Source: an uncultured Alphaproteobacteria bacterium (lineage in GTDB: Bacteria; Pseudomonadota; Alphaproteobacteria; Rhodobacterales; Rhodobacteraceae). Taken from it: 64,000 nucleotides of DNA. The translations under genes and the position numbers were made by a program. The stretch is taken from contig CAVVSO010000012.1 in NCBI GenBank assembly GCA_963750745.1, positions 481 to 64,480 on the forward strand, in the 5' to 3' direction. The notes under the pieces are model-generated. The model was not told where the DNA came from. It saw only the letters and a program-made list of their open reading frames with translations, and ran no database searches. Positions 44,083-55,961 of the stretch are shown in pieces. The first letter of the stretch is position 1. Each line of letters begins with the position of its first letter.

Positions 44083-45167
44083 TTGAGACGACCGCTGTTT
44101 CTTGCCCTGCCGATCCTCGCGCTCCTCGCGGGCTGCGACATGGTCGTGCTCTCGCCTTCGGGCTACGTCGCCGCCCAGCAGAAGGACCTGGTGATCAGCG
44201 CGACGCTGCTGATGCTCGTCATCGTCATCCCGGTGATGGGGCTGACCGCCTTTTTCGCCTGGCGCTACAGCGCCGCGCGCAAGTCGCGCTACGATCCGGA
44301 CTGGCACCATTCGACCAGCCTCGAGCTGGTGATCTGGGTGGCGCCGCTGATGATCATCATCTGCCTCAGCGCGATGACATGGGTCTCCACGCATCTGCTC
44401 GATCCGTTCCGCCCGCTCGAGCGGATCGGCGAGCGCCGGCCGGTGCCGCAAGGGGTCGAGCCGGTCGAGGTGCAGGTGGTGGCGCTCGACTGGAAGTGGC
44501 TCTTCATCTACCCGCAGTACGGCATCGCCACGGTCAATGACGCGGCGGCGCCGGTCGACCGGCCGATCCACTTCCGGCTGACCGCGTCGGAGGTGATGAA
44601 CGCCTTCTACGTGCCGGCGCTGGCCGGGATGATCTACGCCATGCCCGGCATGGAATCGCAATTGCACGCGGTGATGAACTTCCCCGGCGACTACGACGGA
44701 TTCTCGACCAACTACAGCGGCGCCGGCTTCTCCAAGATGCGCTTCCGCTTCCACTCGACCGACTCGATCGGCTTCGACAAGTGGGTCGGCGAACGTCCGC
44801 GGCGACGGCGGGACGCTCGGCCGGAGCGAATATCTGGCGCTGGCCGCGCCGAGCGAGGACGTCGCGCCGATGCATTTCCGCGAGGTCGATCCGGACCTCT
44901 TCCGGCGGGTGGTCAACCGCTGCGTCGAGGAGGGGCGGATGTGCATCGACGAGATGTCCGCACTCGACGCCCGCGGCGGCACCGGCCTGGCGGGGACGCT
45001 GAACACGCGGCCCGCCGAGGGCAGGCAGGCGAGCGCCTTCGGCTTCGCGCCGTTCCACGTCAGCAACTTCTGCACGCCCGCCGAGTTCGATCGCAGAGTA
45101 CGGGCCGGACACCGTCGTCCTGCTCGCCCCGCCGCCCGCCCCGCGCGGGTCCGACGAAACCCTCTGA
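44083..45167 (+). CDS. cyoA: Quinol oxidase subunit II (frameshifted)
   Basis: Lipobox LLAGC, VVALDWKWLFIYP, FYVPALAGMIYAMPGM, NYSGAGFSKMRF; no CuA motif. Confidence 0.92.
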
Positions 45168-45183
45168 ACGGGGCGCGACGCCG

Positions 45184-47192
45184 ATGGCCACCGAGCAACA
45201 TATCGAGACCAGCTTTCTCTTCGGCCGGCTGACCCTGGCCGCCCTGCCGCTGCACGAGCCGATCCTGGTCGCGACCTTCGCCGCGGTCTGCCCTGGGCGG
45301 CATCGCGCTCATCGCCGCGCTGACCTGGTTCCGGCTCTGGGGCTACCTCTGGCACGAGTGGTTCACCTCGGTCGACCACAAGCGCATCGGGGTCATGTAC
45401 GTGGTGCTCGGCATCATCATGCTGCTGCGCGGCTTCGCCGACGCGGTGATGATGCGCCTGCAGCAGTCGATGGCCTTCAACGGCTCCGAGGGCTACCTGC
45501 CGGCGCATCACTACGACCAGATCTTCACCGCGCACGGCGTGATCATGATCTTCTTCGTGGCGATGCCGCTGGTCACCGGGCTGATGAACTTCGTCATGCC
45601 GCTGCAGATCGGCGCCCGCGACGTCGCCTTTCCCTTCCTCAACAACTTCAGCTTCTGGATGACGGTCGGCGGCGCCGCCATCACCATGGCCTCGCTTTTC
45701 GTCGGCGAGTTCGCCCAGACCGGCTGGCTCGCCTATCCGCCGCTTTCCGGCTTCGACAACAGTCCCGGGGTCGGGGTCGACTATTACATCTGGGGCCTGC
45801 AGGTGGCCGGAATCGGCACGACCCTGTCGGGCATCAACCTGATCGTGACCATCATCAAGCTGCGCTGTCCCGGCATGACGATGATGCGCATGCCGATCTT
45901 CACCTGGACCGCGCTCTGCTCGAACATCCTGATCGTCGCGGCCTTCCCGGTGCTGACCGCGGCGCTGACGCTCCTGGCGCTCGACCGCTACGTCGGCACC
46001 AACTTCTTCACCGCCGACAACGGCGGCAACGCGATGATGTACGTCAACCTCATCTGGATCTGGGGTCATCCCGGAGGTCTACATCCTGGTGCTGCCGGCC
46101 TTCGGCGTCTATTCCGAGGTTACCGCCACCTACTCGGGCAAGCCGCTGTTCGGCTATTCGTCGATGGTCTATGCGACCATTTGCATCACCGTGCTTTCCT
46201 ACATCGTCTGGCTGCACCATTTCTTCACGATGGGGGCCGGCGCCAGCGTGAACTCCTTCTTCGGCATCGCCTCGATGATCATCTCGATCCCGACCGGCGC
46301 CAAGCTCTTCAACTGGCTCTTCACCATGTACCACGGCCGCATCCGCTACGAGGTGCCGATGATGTGGACCGTCGCCTTCATGCTGACCTTCGCGATCGGC
46401 GGGATGACCGGCGTGCTGCTGGCGGTGCCGCCGGCCGACTTCGTGCTGCACAACTCGCTGTTCCTGGTCGCGCACTTCCACAATGTCATCATCGGCGGGG
46501 TGGTCTTCGCGCTCTTCGCCGGCATAACCTACTGGTGGCCGAAGGCCTTCGGCTTCCGGCTCGACCCGTTCTGGGGCAAGGTCTCCTTCTGGTGCTGGGT
46601 CTCCGGCTTCTGGGTCGCCTTCATGCCGCTCTACATCCTCGGCCTGATGGGGGTGACCCGGCGGATGCGGGTGTTCGACGACCCGTCCCTGCAGATCTGG
46701 TTCCTGATCGCCGCGATGGGCGCGGTGCTGATCGCCGGCGGCATCGCCGCCTTCCTGGTGCAGATCGCCGTCTCGATCTGGCGGCGCGACGCGCTGCGCG
46801 ACCTGACCGGCGATCCCTGGGACGGACGCACGCTGGAATGGGCGACCTCCTCGCCGCCGCCGGCCTACAACTTCGCCTTCACCCCGATCGCGCACGGCGT
46901 GGACGCCTGGTGGGACATGAAGACCCATGGCTACGTGCGGCCGGTGGCGGGCTTCCGGCCGATCCATATGCCGAAGAACACCGCGAGCGGCATGGTGATC
47001 GCCGGCTTCGCCACGGTCTGCGGGATGGCGCTGATCTGGTGGATCTGGTGGCTGGCGGCGCTCGCCTTCATCGGCGCCATCGCCGCGGCGATCGCGCATA
47101 CCTTCAACTACAGCCGCGACTTCGACGTGCCGGCCGGCGAGGTGGCGGCGGTCGAGGGCGCGCGGACGCGGCTGATGGCGGAAGGGGCGTGA
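45184..47192 (+). CDS. cyoB: Quinol oxidase subunit I (frameshifted)
   Basis: [51 protein letters not shown]. Confidence 0.95.
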
Positions 47193-47196
47193 TGCC

Positions 47197-47818
47197 ATGA
47201 GCGCAGCGGCAGAGCCCACCGCCGACGCCTTCTACGTCGAGGCGGAGGAGCATCATGCGGCCGGGGGGGCAACCAACCTCGGCTTCTGGATCTACCTGAT
47301 GAGCGACTGCCTGATCTTCGCGGTGCTCTTCGCCACCTACGGCGTGCTCGGCGCCAGCCTCGCCGGCGGTCCGGGGCCGCGGGATCTGTTCGACCTGGGG
47401 ATCGTGGCGTTCAACACCACGATGCTCTTGATCTCGTCGATCACCTACGGCTTCGCGATGCTGGCGCTCTATCGCGCGGACCGGCGGCAGACGCTGCAGG
47501 TGGCTGGCGGTCACCGGGCTGTTCGGCGCGGTCTTCGTCGGGGTCGAGCTCTACGAGTTCGCCGAGCTGATCCACGAGGGGGCGGGGCCGCAGCGCTCGG
47601 GGTTCCTCTCGGCCTTCTTCGCGCTGGTCGGCACCCATGGGCTGCATGTCACCTTCGGCATCGTCTGGATCATCGTGCTGATGGTCCAGGTGAAAAAGCT
47701 CGGGCTGATCCCGGCGAACCAGCGGCGGCTGACCTGCCTGTCGCTGTTCTGGCACTTCCTCGATCTGGTCTGGATCGGGGTCTTCACCTTCGTCTATCTG
47801 CTGGGGGTGCTGCGATGA
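47197..47818 (+). CDS. cyoC: Quinol oxidase subunit III (frameshifted)
   Basis: [33 protein letters not shown]. Confidence 0.93.
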
Positions 47819-48210
47819 GCGCCGGCGAGATCCATGACCCCGAGCTCGGCCACGACGAGCATGCGGCGCCGCACGGCACCTTCCGCTCCTACGTGACCGG
47901 CTTCGGGCTTTCGGTGGTCCTGACCGCGGTGCCGTTCCTTTTGGTGGCGACCGGCATGATCCCGAACGCCGGCTATACCGCCGCGATCGTGCTCGCCTGC
48001 GCGCTGGTGCAGATCCTGGTGCATATGATCTTCTTCTTGCACATGACGCCGAAGGCGGAAGGCGGCTGGCTGCTGCTCTCCACCGCCTTCACCATCGTGC
48101 TGGTGGTGATCACGCTGGCGGGGTCGCTCTGGATCGTCTTCCATCTCAACCGGAACATGATGCCCGGCATGGGCGAGATGCCGGAGACGGAGGCGCCGGC
48201 GGCGGAGTGA
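47815..48210 (+). CDS. cyoD: Quinol oxidase subunit IV
   Basis: [36 protein letters not shown]. Confidence 0.92.
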   Translation: MSAGEIHDPELGHDEHAAPHGTFRSYVTGFGLSVVLTAVPFLLVATGMIPNAGYTAAIVLACALVQILVHMIFFLHMTPKAEGGWLLLSTAFTIVLVVITLAGSLWIVFHLNRNMMPGMGEMPETEAPAAE

Positions 48211-48912
48211 GGCCGGTCCGCGGCGCGCTGGCGCGGGTTGCGATCCTCGCCGGGATCGCCGGGTTCGTGGCGCTCGGGGTCTGGCAGGTCGAGCGGCGCG
48301 CCTGGAAGCTCGACCTGATCGCGCGGGTCGATGCCCGGGTCGCGGCGGCGCCGGTGGCGCCGCCGGCGCCGGCAGGACTGGCCGCTGGTGAGCGCGGAGC
48401 GCGATGCCTACGCGCGTGTGCGGGTCACCGGCCGCTTCCGGCACGATCGCGAGGCGGCGGTGCAGGCGGTGACCGAGCGCGGCGCCGGCTACTGGATCCT
48501 GACGCCGTTTCAGACCAAGGAGTTCACGGTGCTCATCAACCGCGGCTTCGTGCCGCCGGACCGCCGCAATCCGGCGACGCGGGCCGCGGGCCAGGTCGGC
48601 GGCGAGGTCACGATCACCGGCCTCTTGCGGATCAGCGAGCCCGGCGGCGGCTTCCTGCGCCGCAACGACCCGGCGGCGGGGCGCTGGCATTCGCGGGATG
48701 TCGCGGCCATCGCCCGGGCGCAGGACCTCGGCCCGGTGGCGCCCTACTTCATCGATGCCGACGCCACCGGCAATCCCGGCGGCCTGCCGGTGGGCGGCCT
48801 GACGGTGATCGCCTTTCGCAACAGCCACCTCGTCTATGCGCTGACCTGGTTCGCGCTGGCCGCGGGCCTCGCCGCCGGCGGGGTCATGGCGCTGCGGCGG
48901 CCGGCAGATTAG
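48207..48912 (+). CDS. SURF1-family protein (frameshifted)
   Basis: LGVWQVERRAWK, VLINRGFVP, NSHLVYALTWF. Confidence 0.9.
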
Positions 48913-48942
48913 TCTTGCCTAATGAATTAGCGCCTGCTAATT
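48908..48942 (+). promoter_or_regulatory. Tandem palindromic operators upstream of the ArsR gene
   Basis: ATTAG-tcttgc-CTAAT (48908-48923) and AATTAG-cgcctg-CTAATT (48925-48942). Confidence 0.65.
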
Positions 48943-48950
48943 GGACGGCC

Positions 48951-49280
48951 ATGAACCAACCCGTCGCCATCACCACCGTCATGCGCGCGCTGGCCGATCC
49001 GACGCGGCGCGCGGTGTTCGAGCGGGTCTACGGGTCCGCGGAGATCAGCGTGGCCGAGCTGACGCGCGGCAGCGGGGTGACGCAAGGTGCGATCTCCCAG
49101 CACCTGCGGTCGCTGAGGCAGGCGGGCCTCGTCATCGAGCGGCCCGAGGGCCGCAACGTCTTTTACCGCGCCCAGCCCGAGGGGCTGGCGCCGCTGGTCG
49201 ACTGGATGGACCACTATGGCGCCTTCTGGCGCGAGCGGTTCGAAAGTCTTCGCAGCCTTCTGAAGGAGATCGATCCATGA
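48951..49280 (+). CDS. ArsR/SmtB-family regulator
   Basis: ALADPTRR, TQGAISQHLRSLRQAGLV. Confidence 0.9.
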   Translation: MNQPVAITTVMRALADPTRRAVFERVYGSAEISVAELTRGSGVTQGAISQHLRSLRQAGLVIERPEGRNVFYRAQPEGLAPLVDWMDHYGAFWRERFESLRSLLKEIDP

Positions 49281-49744
49281 ACGAGGCCGCGATGATGTCC
49301 ACCACGCGGGACATCGTGGTTGACGACGTGCTGCCGCATGCGCCGGAGACGGTCTGGCGGGCGCTGACGACCGGCGAGATGATCGCGCGCTGGATGATCG
49401 AGCCCAAGGGCTTCGCGCCGGTGGCGGGAACGCGCTTCACCTTCCAGACGACGCCGGCCGGTGCCTGGGACGGGGTCATCCACTGCGAGGTGCTGGAAGC
49501 GGTGCCGAACCAACGCCTGGCCTATGCCTGGAAGGGCGGGCACGACAGCAACGCCGGGGGATACGGCTCGCGGCTCGATACCGTGGTGACCTTCACGCTG
49601 GCGGGGGTCGAGGCCGGCACGCGGCTCAGGATGGTGCATTCCGGCTTCGTGCTGCCGCGCAACACAACGGCCTTCACCAACATGGGCCAGGGCTGGAAGA
49701 CGGTGGTGCCGCGGATCGCCGCGGTCATCGACGAGCCGAACTGA
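49277..49744 (+). CDS. SRPBCC/AHSA1-like domain protein
   Basis: PETVWRALT, W..VIHCEVLE, GTRLRMVHSGF, GW; ATGA-coupled to ArsR. Confidence 0.88.
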   Translation: MNEAAMMSTTRDIVVDDVLPHAPETVWRALTTGEMIARWMIEPKGFAPVAGTRFTFQTTPAGAWDGVIHCEVLEAVPNQRLAYAWKGGHDSNAGGYGSRLDTVVTFTLAGVEAGTRLRMVHSGFVLPRNTTAFTNMGQGWKTVVPRIAAVIDEPN

Positions 49745-49757
49745 CGCGGGCAGGGCT

Positions 49758-50999
49758 ATGGGAAATCAACAGTATCGCTGGGTGATCGTCGCGGCCGGGG
49801 GCCTGCTCGGCTGCATGGCGATCGGCGCGCTCTTCTCGCTGCCGGTGTTCCTGCAGCCGATCGCGCGGGACACCGGCTGGTCGGTCACCGGCGTCTCCAC
49901 GGCGATGACCATCGGCTTTCTGGCGATGGCGGTGGCGAGCATGGCCTGGGGGACGCTGTCGGACCGGATCGGGCCTCGCCCGGTGGTGCTGATCGGCTCG
50001 GTGCTCCTGACCGCGAGCCTGGCGCTGGCCAGCCGGGCGTCGTCGCTCCTGGAGTTCCAGATCCTCTTCGGCGTGGTCGCCGGCGGCGCTGCCGCGGCGA
50101 TCATGGCGCCGATGATGGCCTGCGTCACCGGCTGGTTCGACACCCAGCGCAGCCTCGCGGTGTCGCTGGTTTCCGCCGGCATGGGCATGGCGCCGATGAC
50201 GATGTCGCCGCTGGCCGCCTGGCTGATCTCCGGTCACGACTGGCGGTCGTCGCTCCTCATGATCGCCGCGCTGGCCGCGGCGGTGATGGTTCCGGTGGCG
50301 CTCCTGGTGCGCCGGCCACCGGCGCTGGCGGCGGCTGCCGCCGGGGCCACTCCCGAGGCCGGTTCCGCGGCCGGTTCCGAGCCGGGGCCGAACTCCGGAA
50401 TGACCCTCGGGCAGGCGGTGCGGACGCCGCAGTTCGCCATCCTGATGCTGACCAACTTCTTCTGCTGCGCCACGCATTCCGGGCCGATCTTTCACACGGT
50501 GAGCTATGCGGTGAGCTGCGGCATCCCGATGATCGCCGCGGTCACCATCTACAGCGTCGAGGGGCTGGCGGGGCTCGGCGGCCGGATCGCCTTCGGCGTG
50601 CTCGGCGACCGGCTCGGTGCCAAGCGGGTGCTGGTCGCGGGGCTGCTGGCGCAGTCGTTCGGGGCGCTCGGCTATGTCTTCGTGCGCGATCTCGGCGCCT
50701 TCTACGCGGTGGCGGCGCTCTTCGGCTTCATCTATGCCGGGGTGATGCCGCTCTACGCGGTGCTGGCGCGCGAGAACTTCCCGCTCGGGATCATGGGCGG
50801 GGTGATCGGCGGCACGGCAATGGCGGGCAGCCTCGGGATGGCGCTCGGGCCGGTGGCCGGCGGGCTGATCTACGACACCTTCGGCAGCTACGGCTGGCTC
50901 TATGTCGGCGCCTGGGGGATCGGGCTCGGGGCGTTCCTGATCGCGCTGACCTTCCGGCCGTTCGCCCGGGAGGAGACGCCGGCGGCGGTGCCGGCCTGA
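49758..50999 (+). CDS. MFS transporter
   Basis: ~12 TM; GTLSDRIGPR, GVLGDRLGAKR. Confidence 0.9.
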   Translation: MGNQQYRWVIVAAGGLLGCMAIGALFSLPVFLQPIARDTGWSVTGVSTAMTIGFLAMAVASMAWGTLSDRIGPRPVVLIGSVLLTASLALASRASSLLEFQILFGVVAGGAAAAIMAPMMACVTGWFDTQRSLAVSLVSAGMGMAPMTMSPLAAWLISGHDWRSSLLMIAALAAAVMVPVALLVRRPPALAAAAAGATPEAGSAAGSEPGPNSGMTLGQAVRTPQFAILMLTNFFCCATHSGPIFHTVSYAVSCGIPMIAAVTIYSVEGLAGLGGRIAFGVLGDRLGAKRVLVAGLLAQSFGALGYVFVRDLGAFYAVAALFGFIYAGVMPLYAVLARENFPLGIMGGVIGGTAMAGSLGMALGPVAGGLIYDTFGSYGWLYVGAWGIGLGAFLIALTFRPFAREETPAAVPA

Positions 51000-51107
51000 A
51001 GTGCCGGCCCGAGGCCGCGGCGTCGGCCGATGCGCTGGACCACCGCGGCCGCTTGCGCCATAAGGGGCGGAACGGTCGCGGTGGCGAGGACGGCATGAAG
51101 CTTTCTG

Positions 51108-51470
51108 GTGAAGATCCTCACGTGGTGGAACGGCCAGACCATCGGCACGCAGTTCTTCACCTGGCGCAAGGGCAAGCGGGTCGGCGAGGACAGCCAGGGC
51201 AATGTCTTCTACCAGAACGCCGACGGCTCGAAGCGCTGGGTGATCTACAACGGCGAGGCCGAGGCGAGCCGGGTCGGGCCGGAGTGGAACGGCTGGCTGC
51301 ATCATACCTACCAGGAGCCGCCGACGGTGGCGCCGCTGCCGCGCAAGGCCTGGGAGCAGCCGTACGTGCCGAACATGACCGGCAGCACGCTCGCCTATCG
51401 CCCGCCGGGCAGCATCCTCTCGTCCGGCCCGAAGGTGCAGCCGGACTACGAGGCCTGGGTTCCGGAATAG
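51108..51470 (+). CDS. NADH:ubiquinone oxidoreductase NDUFA12 (17.2 kDa) family protein
   Basis: [36 protein letters not shown]. Confidence 0.92.
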   Translation: MKILTWWNGQTIGTQFFTWRKGKRVGEDSQGNVFYQNADGSKRWVIYNGEAEASRVGPEWNGWLHHTYQEPPTVAPLPRKAWEQPYVPNMTGSTLAYRPPGSILSSGPKVQPDYEAWVPE

Positions 51471-51480
51471 GGTTCGGGCG

Positions 51481-51922
51481 ATGGCGAACAGTGTCGCGGA
51501 GACCGTGATCGGGGCGGTGGTGCTGGCGGCGGCGGTGGGCTTCGTGGTCTATGCCGGGCAGAGCCGCGGGCTGCAGCTCGGCGGCGGAGAGTTATCCGCT
51601 GAAGGCGAGCTTCCGCAGCGCCGAGGGCATCAGCGTCGGCACCGACGTGCGGGTGGCCGGGATCAACGTCGGCTCGGTGAGCGCGCTCGACCTCGACCCG
51701 GCGAGCTTTCAGGCCAAGGCCACCTTCACCGTGCAGGGCAACCTGCAGATCCCCGACGATTCCGACGTGAAGATCTCGTCGGAGAGCCTGCTCGGCGGCA
51801 ACTTCGTCGAGATCACCCCGGGCGCGTCGGACACGGTGCTCGCGGCCGGCGACGAGATCGTCAACACCCAGGGCGCGGTGAGCCTGCTCAATCTTTTGAT
51901 GCGCTTCGGGACCGGCAAGTGA
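51481..51922 (+). CDS. mlaD: MlaD/MCE-family lipid transport protein (frameshifted)
   Basis: ETVIGAVVL, GISVGTDVRVAGINVG, SESLLGGNFVEITPG. Confidence 0.85.
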
Positions 51923-52305
51923 TCCGGGTGCTGCTCGGCGCGGTGCTGGTCCTGGTTGCGGGGCAGGCGGTGGCGGCGCAATCGGCGCAGGCGGTGAACG
52001 GCGAGTCCGTGGTCGAGGTGCGCAACCTGCACCTGCGCGGGCTCGACTCGCTGAACGGCACCGCCCAGGATATCGACATGCGGGCCGGCGAGACCATCCG
52101 CTTCGGCTATCTCGAGATCACCGCCGAGCGCTGCCAGGTGCCGCGCGACGATCCGGCCGGCGACGCCGAGGCCTTCCTGCGGATCCGCGACATCCGCGAG
52201 CAGACGCCGCGCTTCTCCGGCTGGATGTTCGCCTCGTCGCCGGCGCTGTCGGCGATGGACCACCCGCGCTACGACGTCTGGGTGGTGAGCTGCGGCAACG
52301 ACTGA
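51919..52305 (+). CDS. DUF2155-family exported protein
   Basis: LRGLDSLNG, FSGWMFASSPALSAMDHPRYDVWV..C. Confidence 0.88.
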   Translation: MIRVLLGAVLVLVAGQAVAAQSAQAVNGESVVEVRNLHLRGLDSLNGTAQDIDMRAGETIRFGYLEITAERCQVPRDDPAGDAEAFLRIRDIREQTPRFSGWMFASSPALSAMDHPRYDVWVVSCGND

Positions 52306-52486
52306 CGGCGCAGCGTCGGGCTGCGTGACCGTGGGTCGTCGTCGGCCACGGTTGATGCTACCCTCGCGCCGGATAGCGGCGGCCTACACCGAAGGGGAAC
52401 ATCGGGCAGGTGCCGCGGGTCCGAGGCGGCCAGATCCCCCGCCGGATCCGCGATCGCGTCGATTCAACGGGGAGGGCGGCGACACC

Positions 52487-53404
52487 ATGACCGAGAGAGA
52501 CTACCAGCCAGGGGCCGACGGGCTTCGGATGTGGGTTCGCGAGGATGCCTCCGCGGCCGACCGGCTGAATGCCGAGCGGTCGGTGGCGGCGCTCGTGGCG
52601 CGTTCGAAGGCGGCGTTCGAGGCCAGGCGCGCCGCCGAAGCGGAGTCGAGCGACCTGGGCGAGGCGCTCCGCGGGCCGCTGATGAAGCTGGTTCAGGACG
52701 ATGCTCGGGCAGCTGACGCTCTGGAGGTGCTCCGCTCCCGCCCGCTGGCGTCGATCGACCTGGACGCGCTGGGGCGGGACGGGCCGGCGCTGATCTACGA
52801 CACCGCGCCGTCCGGCGCGTCGGTAAACCGATCGCTGGACTTCACACCACCGTATGATTTCGGCTGGTCATGGCACGCGGGAGACCCTGCCTTCGAGCAG
52901 ATCCTCGAGACGGGAGGCCGCGCCGGGCTGGACGCCCGCTCCGGCCATGTCTCCGGCGGCGCGCCGGGGTTCGTCAACGCGCACGCCGGCTTTGGCGTGT
53001 TCCTGCGATCCGACGTGGAGGGGCAGCGGTTCCCGCATGCGGTGCTCAACCCCGGCCGGTTCAGCTTCGCGGTGGGCACCAATGGCGTCGGCAGCAATGC
53101 CACGTCGGAGGGCGGCTTCGAGCTCACGGTCTTCGAGGACGGGCGGCCGCTGGTCGACGCCAGCCGCAAGCTGTGGCGCAGCCGGGTCAGCGGCACCCTG
53201 TTCGACCCGACCGAATCCGCCTCCGGCTCGCAGGGGCCGCAGGCATTCACCGGGCCGGAACTGGCGTTCACGAACCGCCCGGGGCTCGGCTACACGTTCA
53301 ACGCGGGGATTTGGGTCTATAGCGACCACTCGGCCGGCATCGGGGTGGCGGGGGGTCAGTCGCTGCTGCAAGGCTCGATTTCGCGGATGTGGGTCTTCGG
53401 ATGA
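52487..53404 (+). CDS. Hypothetical protein (~305 aa)
   Basis: Intact ORF with GGGGAGG upstream; helical N-terminal part and Gly/aromatic beta-rich C-terminal part; no family recognised. Confidence 0.7.
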   Translation: MTERDYQPGADGLRMWVREDASAADRLNAERSVAALVARSKAAFEARRAAEAESSDLGEALRGPLMKLVQDDARAADALEVLRSRPLASIDLDALGRDGPALIYDTAPSGASVNRSLDFTPPYDFGWSWHAGDPAFEQILETGGRAGLDARSGHVSGGAPGFVNAHAGFGVFLRSDVEGQRFPHAVLNPGRFSFAVGTNGVGSNATSEGGFELTVFEDGRPLVDASRKLWRSRVSGTLFDPTESASGSQGPQAFTGPELAFTNRPGLGYTFNAGIWVYSDHSAGIGVAGGQSLLQGSISRMWVFG

Positions 53405-53416
53405 GCCGCGCCGGCA

Positions 53417-54071
53417 TCACGGCGCCCGGGTGGCGAGCCCGAGGAGCGCGGCGCGGCCGGTGGCGGCGGGCAGGGTCAGGAAGCGGGCCGGGCGGGCGAC
53501 GGCGGCGTCGAGCGTGCGGTGGTAGGCGGCGCGGCTGATCTCGATGGCGCCGAGCGTCGCGAGATGGTCGGTGACGAACTGGGTGTCGAGGAGCCGGAAG
53601 CCGCCGGCGTTGAGCCGCGCGACCAGCGCGATCAGCGCGAACTTCGAGGCGTCGCGGCGGCGGCTGAACATGCTCTCGCCGAAGAAGGCGGCGCCGAGCT
53701 CGACGCCGTAGAGGCCGCCGGCGAGCGCGCCCTCCTGCCAGACCTCGACCGAATGGGCGTGGCCGAGCCGGTGGAGCTCGCGGTAGAGCCGGGCGATCTC
53801 GCCGTTGATCCAGGTCTCGGGCCGGTCGGCGCAGGCGGCGAGCACGGCGGCGAAATCGTGGTCGATGCGGACCTCGAAGCCGCCGGCGAGGAAGCTGCGC
53901 GCGAGCCGCCGCGAGACGTGCAGCCGGTCGAGCGGCAGGACGCCCCGGCGCTGCGGGTCGACCCAGAAGATCTCGTCGGTCGCGGCGGACTCGGCCATCG
54001 GGAAGACGCCGGAGGCGTAGGCCTGGAGCAGCAGGCGCGGGAGTGATCGGAGGCGGGGCGTCGTCGCGCAT
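53417..54071 (-). CDS. aat: Leucyl/phenylalanyl-tRNA--protein transferase
   Basis: [46 protein letters not shown]. Confidence 0.93.
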
Positions 54072-54075
54072 GGGC

Positions 54076-55442
54076 TCAGCGGCGTCACGGTCTCCGGCAG
54101 GATCTCGCGGGCGAGCCATTTCTCGAGCCAGTGGATGTTGTAGCGGCCGGCCTGGATGTCGGGCTCCTCGAGCAGCGCGTGAAAGAGCGGGGTGGTGGTG
54201 TCGATGCCGTCGACGATCAGCTCGGAGAGCGCCCGGCGCAGCCGCGCCAGCGCCAGGTCGCGGGTGCGGGCGTGCACGATCAGCTTGCCGATCAGGCTGT
54301 CGTAGTAGGGCGGGATGGTGTAGCCGTCGAAGATGGCGCTGTCCATGCGCACGCCGAGGCCGCCGGGGGAATAGTAGGTGCGGATCCTGCCGGGCGAGGG
54401 CTGGAATTGCGGCAGCTTCTCGGCGTTGATCCGGCATTCGATGGCGTGGCCGGCGGGCTCGAGGTCGGCCTGGGTGAAGGACATCGGCAGGCCGGCGGCG
54501 ACGCGGATCTGCTCCTGGACGAGATCGACGTCGTAGATCGCCTCGGTGACCGGGTGCTCGACCTGCAGCCGGGTGTTCATCTCGATGAAGTAGAACTCGC
54601 CCTTCTCGTAGAGGAACTCGATCGTGCCGGCGCCGGCGTAGCTGATGCGGGCGACCGCATCGGCGCAGATCCGGCCGATCCGCGCGCGGGTGCGGCCGTC
54701 GATCACCGGCGAGGGGGCTTCCTCGAGCACCTTCTGGTGGCGGCGCTGCAGCGAGCAGTCGCGCTCGCCGAGGTGCACGGCGCCGCCCTTGCCGTCGCCG
54801 AAGACCTGGACCTCGATGTGGCGCGGCTCCCCGAGGTACTTCTCGAGATAGACCTCGTCGTTGCCGAAGGCGGCCTTGGCCTCGGCGCGGGCGGTCTGGA
54901 AGGCGCTCTCCATCTCGTCGGCGGTGCGGGCGAGCTTCATGCCGCGGCCGCCGCCGCCGGCGGTGGCCTTGACGATGACCGGATAGCCGAGCGCCGCGCC
55001 GACCTTGCGCGCCTCCTCGAGCGTCGGGACCGCGCCGTCGGAGCCGGGGACGCAAGGCACGCCGAGCGCCTTCATCGTCTCCTTGGCGGTGATCTTGTCG
55101 CCCATGAGGCGGATGTGCTCGGAGGTCGGGCCGATGAAGTTCAGGCCGTGGTCCTCGACAGATCTGCACGAAGGTCGCGTTCTCGGAGAGAAAGCCGTAG
55201 CCGGGATGGATCGCCTCGGCGCCGGTGATCTCGCAGGCGGCGATGATGTTCGGCATCGAGAGGTAGCTCTGGCTCGCCGGCGGCGGGCCGATGCAGACGC
55301 TCTCGTCGGCCATCCGCACGTGCATCGCGTTCGAATCCGCCGTCGAATGGATGGCGACGGTCTGGATGCCCATTTCCTTGCAGGCGCGGTGGATGCGGAG
55401 CGCGATCTCGCCGCGGTTGGCGATCAGGACCTTCTTGAACAT
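54076..55442 (-). CDS. accC: Acetyl-CoA carboxylase biotin carboxylase (frameshifted; 3' end approximate)
   Basis: [57 protein letters not shown]. Confidence 0.96.
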
Positions 55443-55476
55443 CGCGCGCCTCAGGTCCGGGCCAGGGGAGCGACGG

Positions 55477-55961
55477 TCATTCGAGGATCATCAGCGGAGC
55501 GCCGAACTCCACCGGCTGGCCGTCCTCGATCAGGATGCGCTTGATCCGGCCGGCGCGGGGCGCCGGGATCTGGTTCATCGTTTTCATCGCCTCGATGATC
55601 AGGATGGTCTGGCCTTCGGTGACCGCGTCGCCGACCTTGACGAAGGCGGGCGAGTCCGGCTCGGGCTGGAGATAGGCGGTGCCGACCATCGGCGAGGGCA
55701 CCACGCCCGGGATCCTCGGCCGGGTCGAGCGCCGCCACCGGCGACCGGCGCCGCCGCCGGCGCGGCGGGCACCGCCACGTGCAGCGGCGCGGCGGCCGGC
55801 GCCTGCATCACCGGCGCCGGCTGGCGGGCGACGCGCACGGTCAGCGCATCCTCGTCGCCATAGTCGCGGTTGACCTCGATCTCGGTCAGATCGTTCTCGC
55901 GCAACAAGGCGGCCATCGCCTTGATGAACTCGATGTCCGACTCCTGAGGTCTCTTGCTCAT
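55477..55961 (-). CDS. accB: Biotin carboxyl carrier protein (frameshifted)
   Basis: [26 protein letters not shown]. Confidence 0.95.

Noticed and set aside
47197-49280. Apparent CyoC-CyoD and SURF1-ArsR fusion ORFs
   Set aside because: Each results from one indel shifting into the neighbour's frame; the natural stops (47818, 48912) and starts (47815, 48951) are present
53417-55105. Apparent AccC-Aat fusion ORF
   Set aside because: aat has its own ATG at 54071 with a TGA at 54076-54078 just before it; the fusion is best explained by nearby indels
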